A stretch of 59,223 nucleotides of DNA, filler included. It is 8 parts of 8 records of this genome, joined end to end, with 100 filler letters (N's around TTAATTAATTAA, not from the genome) between each part and the next. Parts side by side here need not be neighbours in the genome. Positions count along the whole stretch, not along the records: positions 24,148 to 29,517 come from SRR31156797_24331; positions 29,618 to 34,753 come from SRR31156797_24335; positions 34,854 to 43,802 come from SRR31156797_24354; 5 more parts are not named here. One strand, 5' to 3'. The position numbers were made by a program, and so were the translations under genes. This document shows positions 28,747 through 38,979 of the stretch, one piece after another; the first letter of the stretch is position 1; each line of letters begins with the position of its first letter. The notes under the pieces were generated by a model that worked only from the letters and a program-made list of their open reading frames with translations, did no database searches and was not told where the DNA came from.

Positions 28747-29517
28747 CTACACCAATTCACCTTCCAACGAAAAATCGGAGGCAGAGGTAATTTTCACATC
28801 GGCAAACTGCCCGATAAGCTTTTTATCCGTACAAGCGAAACGAACGGTTAATTTCCCTTCGGTTTGCGAAGTAAGGAATCCTTCTTTGCGGTCTTCACCG
28901 CGTACCAATACCCGGTATGATTCTCCAACCATGTTCTTATTATAGGTCAGGTTGTGCTTTCGCAGATCTTCTGTAAGCGTATGTAAACGTCTTTTTTTCT
29001 CATCAAGTGCCACATCGTCTACCCAACGGTGACTGGTAGCTCCCGGTCGCGGTGAATATATGGCAGTGTACGACATGTTAAATTTAAACTCATCGAAGGC
29101 CTTTCTGGTATTTTCGAATTGCTCAACAGTTTCGCCTGTAAAGCCTACTATTACATCAGTAAATAAAGTTGCTTCGGGTAATATTTCGCGAATGCTTTCT
29201 ACAATATGGCGGTATTTTTCCATGTTGTGTTTGCGGTTCATTTTCATCAGCACCTTATCATCACCACTTTGCATGGGCAGGTGAATCTGTTTTCCCAGAA
29301 CCGGATATTGCGCAATAACTTCAATTACATCATCGGTCATATCGCGCGGATGTGGTGAAGTAAAATACAACCAGAACTCTTTATTAAGTCGTTTGCCCAG
29401 CTCCCCTATTTCGCGTAGCAACTGGGTAAAGGTTAATTCTTCGCCTTTTTTATCCAGTCCGTACGAGTTTACGTTTTGCCCTAACAGGGTTATCGATTTA
29501 TAGCCCTGTGCCACGAG
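28747..29517 (-). CDS. miaB: tRNA methylthiotransferase MiaB, 3' part (truncated)
   Basis: 'TLLGQNVNSY', 'TSPHPRD', 'HLPMQSGDD.VL..MNR', 'TDVIVGF', 'YSPRPG', C-terminal TRAM domain. Confidence 0.9.
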   Translation of the reverse strand, partial: LVAQGYKSITLLGQNVNSYGLDKKGEELTFTQLLREIGELGKRLNKEFWLYFTSPHPRDMTDDVIEVIAQYPVLGKQIHLPMQSGDDKVLMKMNRKHNMEKYRHIVESIREILPEATLFTDVIVGFTGETVEQFENTRKAFDEFKFNMSYTAIYSPRPGATSHRWVDDVALDEKKRRLHTLTEDLRKHNLTYNKNMVGESYRVLVRGEDRKEGFLTSQTEGKLTVRFACTDKKLIGQFADVKITSASDFSLEGELV

Positions 29518-29618
29518 NNNNNNNNNNNNNNNNNNNNNNNNNNNNNNNNNNNNNNNNNNNNTTAATTAATTAANNNNNNNNNNNNNNNNNNNNNNNNNNN
29601 NNNNNNNNNNNNNNNNNT

Positions 29619-29742
29619 TTAACAGTGCATTTACATATATTTTACATTAAACTTCTTGAACTGTCTATGATAAATATTTTCACTTTTACACAATAGCTTT
29701 TTTATTAACATTACTTTAACTTTATATGCTTTGATATTTACA
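29619..29742 (+). promoter_or_regulatory. Pho-box-like TT(A/T)ACA direct repeats
   Basis: TTAACA 29619, TTTACA 29630 and TTTACA 29641 (11-bp period); further copies at 29685, 29705, 29716 (TTAACT) and 29737. Confidence 0.55.
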
Positions 29743-29761
29743 ATATATAAATTATATATTA

Positions 29762-29792
29762 AAAAAACGAGCTGAAATTCAGCTCGTTTTTT
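29762..29792. terminator. Bidirectional intrinsic terminator
   Basis: AAAAAACGAGCTGAA-A-TTCAGCTCGTTTTTT perfect stem flanked by A and T runs, downstream of phoR. Confidence 0.85.
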
Positions 29793-29813
29793 CATCTAAT
29801 TTTTACATTTGAA

Positions 29814-31487
29814 TTACTTTAATACTCTTATATTGAAAGTTGTTCCTATTCCTTCTTCACTTTCAATTTCAATTCTTCCTGAATATACTTCAACTATTTC
29901 TTTTACAATTGAAAGCCCTAAGCCGGTTCCGGCTTTATTACTCGTTCTGGCTTTATCAATTCTATAAAATCTATTGAAAATATTTTTTATTTCAGCTTCA
30001 GGAATTCCAATACCATTATCTGAAATTTGGAATTTTAAATATTTCTTTTTTTCTTCAACTTTAATTTTTATTTCAGGATTTTCTTTATCATTATAAGTAA
30101 TTGCATTTTCAATTAAATTTTTAAATAAAATTTGAATTTTATCTTTATCTGTATTTACATAATTATCCACATCAGTTACTTCTATTTCTCTCTGAATTAA
30201 AGCCCCTCTTTCTTTGATTACATTTTCCATTTCAGATTCTACTTCATCAAGAAGTTCATCCATATTAACAGGGTATTTATTAACCATAGAGAAAGCTTCC
30301 ATTTTTTGAAGACTCAGAAAGTCTTTAATAATATTTTCCAGTTTTTCAATATTTCTCTGGGCAATATCCAGAAAATTTTTCCTCATCTCTTCATCAGTTT
30401 CCTCTTCAACTGCAATTAAATAACCTTTAATATTAGTAAGAGGGGTTTTTAATTCATGGCTGACGTTAGATATAAATTTCTTTTCAATTCTTTGATGTTC
30501 TTTACTTTGAGTAATATCTTTAACTGATAAAATATATAAATTTTCTTTCTTAAGATATCTTCCTTTGACAATGAAATATTTTTTAGTATCATGAATATAT
30601 ATTTCTCTTGTCATTTGAGTTTTTTCTTCATACAAAAAATTAATAAAATCAATAATTTCAAGATTTCTAATTTTTTCATTATACTTTTCACTATTTATAT
30701 CATTGTAAAAATTATATCTAAACTCCCAGTTACTTGAAACAATAGTTTTTTTAGTATTACAAACTAAAACTCCGACATCAATAAGGGAGATTAACTTATC
30801 TAATTTTGATTTCTCTCTTTTTAGTTTTTCAATATTTTCAAGATTCTGATTCTGCCAATCTTTTATAACATACCAGAACTCTTCAAGATCTCTTTCCTCT
30901 TCGAGATACATATTTTTAGCTTCTTTTCCACTTTCAATAACTTTTCTCATATTACTCAGTTTATCAAAATAATATTTCCTTAGAACAGTTTTATAAGCTA
31001 TAAATATAAATATATTTAAGAGAATATAGGAAATTACTTTTACATAAAGCTGCTTACTAAGTGCATTACCTACTCTTGAATATGAAGTAGAGGTTCTAAT
31101 AATCAAGTCTTCAAACAGCATAGAATAATAGATCAGCTCATCTTGAACGGTATTACTATATCTCACGCTAAATCCTTCTTGTGATTCTATCGCTTGCTTA
31201 ATTTCAGCTCTATCCGAATGAGGTTCTTGTGTATCCGAAGCTGAATCAAAAAGAACTTCTCCACTTGTTGAAATTATTGTTATTCTGTTTTGAGTTAAAA
31301 ACGTAAGTCTTTTTAAATCTTCAACACCGTTTAACTCAAAATACTGCTCAACAGACCATGCTGTTCCTTTTAACTGTGTTCTAATAATATCAAGCGTTGC
31401 ATTTCTATTGATATCATATTCTCTAAATATGAAAAAACCCTGTATAAAGAAAATTACCAATAGAATTAAGAATTCTCTTCTTCTAAT
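29814..31487 (-). CDS. phoR: Phosphate regulon sensor histidine kinase PhoR
   Basis: H box 'SNVSHELKTPLT', N box 'NLIENAITY', 'DNGIGIP', 'GTGLGLSIV'; downstream of phoB. Start is either ATT 31487 or TTG 31460. Confidence 0.88.
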   Translation of the reverse strand: MRRREFLILLVIFFIQGFFIFREYDINRNATLDIIRTQLKGTAWSVEQYFELNGVEDLKRLTFLTQNRITIISTSGEVLFDSASDTQEPHSDRAEIKQAIESQEGFSVRYSNTVQDELIYYSMLFEDLIIRTSTSYSRVGNALSKQLYVKVISYILLNIFIFIAYKTVLRKYYFDKLSNMRKVIESGKEAKNMYLEEERDLEEFWYVIKDWQNQNLENIEKLKREKSKLDKLISLIDVGVLVCNTKKTIVSSNWEFRYNFYNDINSEKYNEKIRNLEIIDFINFLYEEKTQMTREIYIHDTKKYFIVKGRYLKKENLYILSVKDITQSKEHQRIEKKFISNVSHELKTPLTNIKGYLIAVEEETDEEMRKNFLDIAQRNIEKLENIIKDFLSLQKMEAFSMVNKYPVNMDELLDEVESEMENVIKERGALIQREIEVTDVDNYVNTDKDKIQILFKNLIENAITYNDKENPEIKIKVEEKKKYLKFQISDNGIGIPEAEIKNIFNRFYRIDKARTSNKAGTGLGLSIVKEIVEVYSGRIEIESEEGIGTTFNIRVLK

Positions 31488-32146
31488 CGATATCCAACTC
31501 CTTTTACTGTTTTAATCATAGGAGAAATACTTTTTAGTTTATCTCTCAATTTCCCTACATAGACATCAACTGATCTGTCTCCAGAATAGTAATTAGAGTT
31601 CCAAACTTTATTTAGTATTCTATCCCTGCTTAAAACAAGACCTTTATTTTCCATTAGGTAAAGTAGTAAATCATACTCTTTTTTTGATAAATCAATCTCT
31701 GTACCACTTTCAGTAACGGTATGCCTATTTTTATCGACTTCTAGTTCCATATACTTTAATTTAGAAAGTTTTACTCTTTTATCTCTTTCCAATAATTTTT
31801 TTACTCTTAAAATTAATTCTCTTGGATCAAACGGTTTTTTCAGATAATCATCTGCACCTGTATCAAGACCTTTTAACACATCTTCGATTTCAGTTTTAGC
31901 CGTTAACATAATTATCTTTGGATTTCCATATTTTTCAGGCATTTTTCTAACCATATCACATAGACTCATTCCATCAAGGTGTGGAAGCATTAGATCTAAA
32001 ACAATTAAATCAGGTTGGTATCTTTTAACCATCTTCAATCCGTCAAGACCATTGTCTATTGCTTCAACTTGATAGTTTTCTTTTTTTAAAAAATAAGATA
32101 TCAGTGTTCTAATTTCACCATCGTCTTCTATAACTAAAATCTTCAT
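31466..32146 (-). CDS. phoB: OmpR/PhoB family response regulator
   Basis: Receiver 'LDLMLP', 'LTAK', 'KPF' plus wHTH 'RSVDVYVGKLRDKL...TVKGVGY'; within the pst operon. Confidence 0.9.
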   Translation of the reverse strand: MKILVIEDDGEIRTLISYFLKKENYQVEAIDNGLDGLKMVKRYQPDLIVLDLMLPHLDGMSLCDMVRKMPEKYGNPKIIMLTAKTEIEDVLKGLDTGADDYLKKPFDPRELILRVKKLLERDKRVKLSKLKYMELEVDKNRHTVTESGTEIDLSKKEYDLLLYLMENKGLVLSRDRILNKVWNSNYYSGDRSVDVYVGKLRDKLKSISPMIKTVKGVGYRLEEENS

Positions 32147-32151
32147 TATTT

Positions 32152-32820
32152 TTACTCCTCTATGTCTTTATGTTTTAATACATCTCCCTTTGAGATATAA
32201 ATATTTGTCTCTGCTAAATTTTGAATTATATCAGCTATTCTTTCAAATTTTTGTGCAATAACTATTGTTTTTAATCCTGCATTAATTAATTCAGAATTTC
32301 CATGAATTTTTTTTCCTGTTTCTTCATATACTTCATCTCTTATCTCATCAACTTCATCATCTAAACCAAGAATCAGATAAGATTTATTCATATCCTTTTC
32401 TATAAATGACCTTTCGAAAAGTTCAAATATTTTTACAATTTTTTTTATCATTCTTCTTATTGGTTCTATTAATTCTACCTTATTTTCACATTTATATACA
32501 GCCTTTATTAATGACATCGTTCCGGTACACAGATCAGATATTCTCTCCAGGTCCATTATCATCTTCATGATACCTAAAATATATCTCAAATCTCCTGCTG
32601 CAGGTTGATATCTAACCAAGGCATAAGTTGCTTCCTCTTCAATCGATACTTCCAGTTCGTCACACTCTTCTTCTATTAGTTTTGATTCACCATATAAGTA
32701 CTTATCAAATTCCTCACTATCAAGTGTAAGTGATAAGATCTCTATCCCTCTTGACGTTTTTCTCGTCATGTTTATAACTCTGTCATTTATCTCCAATAAA
32801 CTTTCTTCTAGATTAATCAA
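32152..32820 (-). CDS. phoU: Phosphate signalling protein PhoU
   Basis: 'QPAAGDLR', 'DLERISD', 'DDEVD', 'ERIAD...N.AE'; TTG start with GGAGG RBS. Confidence 0.92.
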   Translation of the reverse strand: MINLEESLLEINDRVINMTRKTSRGIEILSLTLDSEEFDKYLYGESKLIEEECDELEVSIEEEATYALVRYQPAAGDLRYILGIMKMIMDLERISDLCTGTMSLIKAVYKCENKVELIEPIRRMIKKIVKIFELFERSFIEKDMNKSYLILGLDDEVDEIRDEVYEETGKKIHGNSELINAGLKTIVIAQKFERIADIIQNLAETNIYISKGDVLKHKDIEE

Positions 32821-32929
32821 TGGTGTCCTCCATTTTTTATTTTATTCGAATCTATTAAAGCTTCTCCTTCAATATCCTCGAATAAAGAAAAGCCTCTAAA
32901 ACTATAAAATTTAAATATTAATAATTAAA

Positions 32930-32961
32930 GAAAAAGTTATCCTTTTCAGGATAACTTTTTC
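32930..32961 (-). terminator. Intrinsic terminator between pstB and phoU
   Basis: GAAAAAGTTATCC-TTTTCA-GGATAACTTTTTC perfect stem. Confidence 0.75.
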
Positions 32962-32973
32962 TGAAAGAAATTC

Positions 32974-33741
32974 TTATCCGAACTTTCCAGTTATATAATC
33001 TTCTGTTTTCTTATTATCTGGATTTGTAAAGATTTTTTCTGTTTTTCCAAACTCCTCTACCACACCTTGATAGAAAAATCCAGTGTATTCTGAAATTCTT
33101 GCCGCTTGCTGCATATTATGAGTTACTATGATAATAGTATACTCTTTTTCAAGCTCTCTTACAAGTTCTTCGATTTTTGAAGTTGAAATTGGATCTAATG
33201 CCGATGTAGGCTCATCCATTAATAAAATTTCAGGTTTTACTGCGATTGCTCTTGCGATACATAATCTTTGCTGCTGTCCTCCTGATAAACCAAGTGCTGA
33301 TTGGTGAAGTTTATCTTTTACTTCATCCCATAAAGCTACTGATTTTAAAGAACTTTCAACTATTTCACTTAATTTATCTTTATCATTTTCACCGTGAAGT
33401 TTTGGACCATATACGATATTCTCATAAATTGTTTTAGGGAATGGATTAGGTCTTTGGAAAACCATTCCTACGCTTTTTCTAAGGTCAACCATATCATAGT
33501 TTTTAGAGAAAATATCATTTCCATCCAATTCAATTTTACCTTCATATTTTACACCTTCTATAAGATCATTCATTCTGTTGATAGATCTTAAGTAAGTTGA
33601 CTTACCACAACCAGATGGTCCGATTAAAGCTGTTGTTTTATTTTTAACAATATCCATATTTACTTCTTTTAAAGCTTGGAAATCTCCATAGTAAAAATTA
33701 AAATCCTTAACCGATAATCTGATTTCTTCATTTGTAAACAT
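32974..33741 (-). CDS. pstB: Phosphate ABC transporter ATP-binding protein
   Basis: GPSGCGKS, '[11 protein letters not shown]', [13 protein letters not shown], '[10 protein letters not shown]'; start at ATG 33741 (GGAGG RBS). Confidence 0.96.
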   Translation of the reverse strand: MFTNEEIRLSVKDFNFYYGDFQALKEVNMDIVKNKTTALIGPSGCGKSTYLRSINRMNDLIEGVKYEGKIELDGNDIFSKNYDMVDLRKSVGMVFQRPNPFPKTIYENIVYGPKLHGENDKDKLSEIVESSLKSVALWDEVKDKLHQSALGLSGGQQQRLCIARAIAVKPEILLMDEPTSALDPISTSKIEELVRELEKEYTIIIVTHNMQQAARISEYTGFFYQGVVEEFGKTEKIFTNPDNKKTEDYITGKFG

Positions 33742-33802
33742 TTTCTCTCCTCCACAAAGTGTTTTATTGTCTGAATTAATATTCTTATTTATTTTTCTAT
33801 AT

Positions 33803-34711
33803 TTATTTATTTTTTTTAGCAAAGTACGATCTTAAGTATGCACCAAACAAGTTAAATCCTACTGTGATAAATACTAATACAAATAGTGTTCCGTTCATAT
33901 TTTCAGCCGGCATATTTGCAACCTGAGTAGCTATTACATATAAGTGATATGGTAATGCCATTACCTGATCCCACATTGATGATGGCAGGAATGGTAAGAA
34001 AAACGCTGCTGCAGTAAAGATGATTGGTGCAGTTTCCCCTGCTGCTCTACTAATACTTAAGATAATTCCTGTTAAGATACCAGGCATCGCTGCAGGTAAA
34101 ACAACTTTTATAGTTGTTTCCCATTTAGTTGCTCCAAGCGCAAGTGATGCTTCTCTTAAATCTTTTGGAATAGCTAATAAAGATTCTCTTGTAGAAGTAA
34201 TAATTACCGGTAAACACATGATCCCTAGTGTTAAACATCCGGCTATTAACGACGAACCAAATCCTAAAAACATTACAAATAATCCAAGTCCAAATAATCC
34301 GAATACGATACTTGGAATTCCTGCTAAGTTTACAATTGTTAAGTTTACAATTCTTCTAATCCAATTTTCTTTAGAGTATTCTACTAAGAAAACTCCTGTA
34401 AGTACTCCAAAAGGTACCGCTACAATAATTGTTCCAAATGTTAAGTAAAGAGTTCCCATAATCGCAGGGAAGATTCCACCATCTCTCATTCCGTTACTTG
34501 GCATTGCTGTTAAAAACTCCCAAGAGATTGATTGAACACCCATTACAATAATATATCCTAATATAAATACTACTGGTAAAATTGACATCAAAGCAAATAA
34601 TCTAATTAAACCTTCTATTGCTTTTTGACCATTACCTTTAAGTAAACCTGTTCTTCTTCTACTTGTTGTGCCTGTTGTTCCTATAGTTATATCTTTATTC
34701 ATAGCTTCCAT
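33803..34711 (-). CDS. pstA: Phosphate ABC transporter permease PstA
   Basis: '[10 protein letters not shown]', '[14 protein letters not shown]', '[11 protein letters not shown]', 'RAAGETAP'. Confidence 0.95.
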   Translation of the reverse strand: MEAMNKDITIGTTGTTSRRRTGLLKGNGQKAIEGLIRLFALMSILPVVFILGYIIVMGVQSISWEFLTAMPSNGMRDGGIFPAIMGTLYLTFGTIIVAVPFGVLTGVFLVEYSKENWIRRIVNLTIVNLAGIPSIVFGLFGLGLFVMFLGFGSSLIAGCLTLGIMCLPVIITSTRESLLAIPKDLREASLALGATKWETTIKVVLPAAMPGILTGIILSISRAAGETAPIIFTAAAFFLPFLPSSMWDQVMALPYHLYVIATQVANMPAENMNGTLFVLVFITVGFNLFGAYLRSYFAKKNK

Positions 34712-34723
34712 TTTCTGCTCCTC

Positions 34724-34753
34724 CTATCCTTTAGCTGCTTTTCTTGATTTGTG
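34724..34753 (-). CDS. pstC: 3' end of upstream gene, probably PstC (fragment)
   Basis: Open frame HKSRKAAKG* ends just before the pstA RBS; identity inferred from operon order only. Confidence 0.45.
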   Translation of the reverse strand, partial: HKSRKAAKG

Positions 34754-34925
34754 NNNNNNNNNNNNNNNNNNNNNNNNNNNNNNNNNNNNNNNNNNNNTTA
34801 ATTAATTAANNNNNNNNNNNNNNNNNNNNNNNNNNNNNNNNNNNNNNNNNNNNTGTGGAGTGAATTTTAAAAAGTTTGCAACAAAACCGTTTTCTACAGA
34901 ACCATTATTTTGAGTATATCTATAT

Positions 34926-36317
34926 CTAACCCATATTGTATACAGACGTACAGCAACAATTCAAAAACTCCTGATCATGGGTAGTAACAATTAGTGCCTT
35001 GCCCTGACTGGCTAAGTTACGCATCAGTTGAGCAACCCTTGTCATAGACTTATAATCAAGTCCGCTGGTTGGTTCATCAAAGCAAATTATATCCCCATCT
35101 TTTATGTAGGATACTGCAATGCATAGCCTTTGCTTTTGTCCTCCCGATAGTGATGCAGGGTGTCTGTCCATGTAGTTGGATAACTCCATCTGTTCCAATA
35201 CTCTTAAGCCTTTTTCTTCATAATTATCTGTCTTTTTACTGCCTAAATAAATCTCCTTTTCCACGCATTCTGTAAACAGCTGATAGTCGGAATCCTGCAT
35301 TACAAAATATGTGTGCTCAATCCTATTTTTGGCTCTATGCTTCTTATCATGTATGTATATAGTTCCGCTATTTTGCTTTTTCAGTCCGCAAATTATTTCC
35401 AGAAGTGTGGTTTTCCCCGTTCCATTGTTGCCGACGATGCCTAGGATTTCACCTTTGGCTACTTGAATATTTACATTCTCCAAAAGTGTTTTACCGCCTT
35501 TGTAACTGAAACATAAATCTTTCAGTTTTAAAATAGCATCACTTGTATTCGCTTCTTTTTCTAAGCATTCTAAGTTATCCAAATTAATAGAACGTAGTCC
35601 GATTTCATTCAATTGGGCGTTGGATAGATTTCTGAATTCATCACCTGAAAGTACGCTATGTATCCTTCCGTTTTTTATTATTATCACCCGATCGCACAAA
35701 TCCTTTAAATAGTGAATTCTATGCTCAGATACCACCATAGTGTGTCCCTTTTCTTTTAGCTTTTCCAGGTTGTTTTTCAATTTTTCTATAGAGCTGTTAT
35801 CGAGATTTGCAGAGGGCTCATCAAAGACTATAACCTTTGGCTGTCTGGCATATACTGATGCTATCGCTATCATCTGCTTTTCGCCGCTTGATAATTCAAA
35901 CACCGACTTGCCTAAAAGACGCTCGATATTAAATAATTTTGCAGCATCTTTTATTCTCGATACTGTCTCTTCTCTTTTAAGTCCTGCGTTCTCACAAGAA
36001 AAGGCTACCTCAGCTGTGGTGTCCGTTGCAAAGAACTGTGACCTAGGATCCTGAAACACGCTGCCTATGGAGTGGGATAATTCCTGAATGGTATATTCTT
36101 TTGTGTTCATGCCGTCGATGGTTATATCGCCTGTTAACTCACCTTCATAAAAATCCGGTGCAAGGGCATTAATCAGGCGGGTAATTGTAGTCTTTCCGCA
36201 GCCGCTGTCGCCTAATAAAAGCACAAACTCACCTTCTTTTATATGAAGGTTAATATCACTAAGGGCGTAGTCATCACCGGACGAATACTTATATGCAGCG
36301 TTATTTATTTCTATCAT
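34926..36317 (-). CDS. ECF-type transporter duplicated ATPase
   Basis: Two ABC domains: GDSGCGKT...LSSGEKQ...DEPSANLD and GNNGTGKT...LSGGQKQR...DEPTSGLD. Confidence 0.92.
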   Translation of the reverse strand: MIEINNAAYKYSSGDDYALSDINLHIKEGEFVLLLGDSGCGKTTITRLINALAPDFYEGELTGDITIDGMNTKEYTIQELSHSIGSVFQDPRSQFFATDTTAEVAFSCENAGLKREETVSRIKDAAKLFNIERLLGKSVFELSSGEKQMIAIASVYARQPKVIVFDEPSANLDNSSIEKLKNNLEKLKEKGHTMVVSEHRIHYLKDLCDRVIIIKNGRIHSVLSGDEFRNLSNAQLNEIGLRSINLDNLECLEKEANTSDAILKLKDLCFSYKGGKTLLENVNIQVAKGEILGIVGNNGTGKTTLLEIICGLKKQNSGTIYIHDKKHRAKNRIEHTYFVMQDSDYQLFTECVEKEIYLGSKKTDNYEEKGLRVLEQMELSNYMDRHPASLSGGQKQRLCIAVSYIKDGDIICFDEPTSGLDYKSMTRVAQLMRNLASQGKALIVTTHDQEFLNCCCTSVYNMG

Positions 36318-37054
36318 AATGCTCCTCCTAGCTGCCTTGTGCTAAAGATAAATCCGCATACTATAGCGACTATAAATGCAACGGTTATTATAACTTCCAA
36401 ACCGCTTATTTTTACTTCACGGTATGATATCCGCTTAGTTTCCAAATCCAGCCCTCTGGTCATAGCTGAGGCTGAAAGTTCATCGGCTATTTTAATGCTG
36501 CGGATTATCATGGGGACAACGGAATACTCTATGGTTCTTATCGGATGCAGAAAAATATTTTTTGCATTCAACCCTATTCCACGCAGTCTCATAGTGTTTT
36601 TTATGTAATAAAACTCCTGCCTAACAGTAGGCAGATATCTGAACACTACTGCCAAGGTTATGGTTATTCCTTTTGGGATATGCATCTTTTCCATAGACGT
36701 CACGAAATCCCCCACTTTAATTGTGGATGACATCCAAATGCCCATTATCAAAAACACAGATATCCTTTGCAGCAGCTGGACTATAACAGAAAAAATATCT
36801 GCAAACTGCTGATTATAAAATAAACCGCTTAAGTTACCAATCAATAATAACATTGCAATATACACTGCAACCTTTATTCCCTTAACATATAATTTGCTTA
36901 AGAGGAACAAAAAGACAATCAATGAATAGTTGTATATTAGTGTTGCGTTATCAAAAGACAGAAACGTAAACGTGGAAAAAACCACTAGGATAAGCAGTTT
37001 CATCCTAGGGTCCAGTTCTTCAAAAATGTTACCTCTTTCTCCGGTTAATTGCAT
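36314..37054 (-). CDS. ECF transporter T component
   Basis: 'LDPRMKL', 'FRYLPT...MRLRG', 'ADELSASAMTRG'. Confidence 0.9.
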   Translation of the reverse strand: MQLTGERGNIFEELDPRMKLLILVVFSTFTFLSFDNATLIYNYSLIVFLFLLSKLYVKGIKVAVYIAMLLLIGNLSGLFYNQQFADIFSVIVQLLQRISVFLIMGIWMSSTIKVGDFVTSMEKMHIPKGITITLAVVFRYLPTVRQEFYYIKNTMRLRGIGLNAKNIFLHPIRTIEYSVVPMIIRSIKIADELSASAMTRGLDLETKRISYREVKISGLEVIITVAFIVAIVCGFIFSTRQLGGAL

Positions 37055-37056
37055 CG

Positions 37057-37680
37057 CTATACTATACCTGCCTTTGCAAAATGCTTTTTGAGCAATGCCT
37101 TGCCTATAAATACTCCGGCTATGCAGCAGATTATAGTGGCTGCTAATGCTCCCAAGAATACAGGTCCTGTAAGCAATGCTTTAACCTCTGCATACATTTC
37201 TACATAGCTTTCTGCCAAATATTTGCCCAAGTTGGAAATAATCATCATAGGAATAGTTATGCCTAAATACCAGAATGTTATCTGCACAGTAAAGACAGTT
37301 GTCATGGTTCTAAACTTTTTTCTGTCCATCTTCTGCCATATTATCTCGCTGATTACAGCGCCGATTGCCAAAAAGGCCGAAGTAGGCCAGAAATTCATAA
37401 TCTGAATTAAGGCTAGAATGATGCCGAATACAAGCACAGTCCACTTTTTGTTTATCCTTGTATACAGTAGCAAAAATATTGATCCCCATAGCAGTGAACA
37501 CGCTGCATGTATAAGTATATTGCCTATGCCTGACATTGCCAATGGTATTCCGATTATCATGTATACTATAAATACTAATATTAATAAAAATGCCATTGTT
37601 ATATAATCACGTACCGATAATTTCTCTTTGTTCTGCTGCTTTTTTACCGCCTTGTTTGTAGGTTTTGTTGCTTCATTCAT
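37057..37680 (-). CDS. MptD-family putative ECF S component
   Basis: About 6 TM helices, 'KLSVRDYIT' N-terminus and 'GKALLKKHFAKAGIV' C-terminus. Confidence 0.88.
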   Translation of the reverse strand: MNEATKPTNKAVKKQQNKEKLSVRDYITMAFLLILVFIVYMIIGIPLAMSGIGNILIHAACSLLWGSIFLLLYTRINKKWTVLVFGIILALIQIMNFWPTSAFLAIGAVISEIIWQKMDRKKFRTMTTVFTVQITFWYLGITIPMMIISNLGKYLAESYVEMYAEVKALLTGPVFLGALAATIICCIAGVFIGKALLKKHFAKAGIV

Positions 37681-37690
37681 TTTTATCTCC

Positions 37691-38365
37691 CTATGTTTCG
37701 CTTTGTTTTGGTACTACATAGAAATCACACATATCATCGCCGTCTGCTAAGGTTTTGGTTCTGATTAGCTTCGTTCCCATATACCCGTATGTAATAAAAT
37801 CAATCTTACAAAAGTATTTTACAATTTCAGTGCATTTCTCTTGCTTAGCTAATTCATAGACTGCACATTTTGAATAGGTCATTTTGTATCCTGTATCGCA
37901 TAGTTCATGCTCAACAACCCAGTCCATTGGGTATTCTTCTTTTTGAGATCTAAGTGCATTTGCAGCATTTTGGGTCTGTGCTTCATCTGAAAACGGTTTT
38001 CTTCTTTCAAATGATTTGCGTAGCATAGATGTTGTGGGAATGTACTGTGTTATTTTTTCAAATATTTCTTCATCAATTTTGTCTGATGACTTGTATACAG
38101 AGAATAATACAGCTCCCATCAGATAGCCACCGTTAGCCGTGTTATCCTTGCCGCCTATAGATGGGGTTCTTTTCAGCATCTCTCTATATACATTTTTTGC
38201 ATCCTTTTTAATTTGTTTTAATTCACTGTTGTCGAAATGCTTTTTTAGAACATCGAATGCCATTTTGCTAAACATTCTGTACATTATTCTGGCTGATAAA
38301 TCGTATTTTAGATAATTCTCCGGCATAACATCCTCCTGTCTTGCGCTATTTTTTATCGTACTCAA
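37691..38365 (-). CDS. L-2-amino-thiazoline-4-carboxylic acid hydrolase-family protein
   Basis: 'YSKCAV...FCKIDF...LIRTKTLADGDDMCDF' Cys pattern of the ATC_hydrolase family. Confidence 0.78.
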   Translation of the reverse strand: MSTIKNSARQEDVMPENYLKYDLSARIMYRMFSKMAFDVLKKHFDNSELKQIKKDAKNVYREMLKRTPSIGGKDNTANGGYLMGAVLFSVYKSSDKIDEEIFEKITQYIPTTSMLRKSFERRKPFSDEAQTQNAANALRSQKEEYPMDWVVEHELCDTGYKMTYSKCAVYELAKQEKCTEIVKYFCKIDFITYGYMGTKLIRTKTLADGDDMCDFYVVPKQSET

Positions 38366-38969
38366 ACTCTAAATCTTTTACTCCGTCACCGATAAACAAT
38401 TTAAGCCCCTCATCGTCACACATTTGATTGATAACAGGAACAAACTCCTCTTTTGTACCGAATGAAATGCTTTTTATGCGTTTTATGCCATTCGGATGAA
38501 CGTATCCTTCAGGTGGTCGTACATTTACATTAAACGTTGATGACAGTGCAGGTATTTCCATATAATCGGGGAAAATGCCCGTGAATTTTATTTCCCTGTT
38601 CTTTGGGTCTGTTCTTCCTGCTTTCATCTTCATGTATGTTAGCTTTGCATCATCTAATATTTGCTGTTCTAAATCTATATCCAGCCTGTCGTTTTCCAAA
38701 GTAACACCTATCAATCCTTCCTTGGAACTGTCCCAAATGTTTAGCCTTTTTACAAAAGCCTTTTTGCCGAAAAGTCTCAATAGTACCTTTGCAAAAGAGG
38801 GCATCCCCGTTCTTTCTAGTAGCTCAAAATATGGTCCTTCTGCAAAGTAAATCAGAGCATTGTACGGGTTTTTGCTCTTTCCGTATTCTACAGTAAATCC
38901 TTTGTTGGTGTATTCCTTTACAGCTTCGTCCAGGTTATCAACTTTATATATTACATGTCCTAATTTCAT
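38346..38969 (-). CDS. VOC family protein (Glyoxalase_3-like)
   Basis: 'MKLGHVIYKVDNLDEAV...GFTVEYG...NALIYF..GPYFEL', 'HPNGI'; ATG 38969 with AGGAG RBS. Confidence 0.82.
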   Translation of the reverse strand: MKLGHVIYKVDNLDEAVKEYTNKGFTVEYGKSKNPYNALIYFAEGPYFELLERTGMPSFAKVLLRLFGKKAFVKRLNIWDSSKEGLIGVTLENDRLDIDLEQQILDDAKLTYMKMKAGRTDPKNREIKFTGIFPDYMEIPALSSTFNVNVRPPEGYVHPNGIKRIKSISFGTKEEFVPVINQMCDDEGLKLFIGDGVKDLEFEYDKK

Positions 38970-38979
38970 TTTACTCTCC

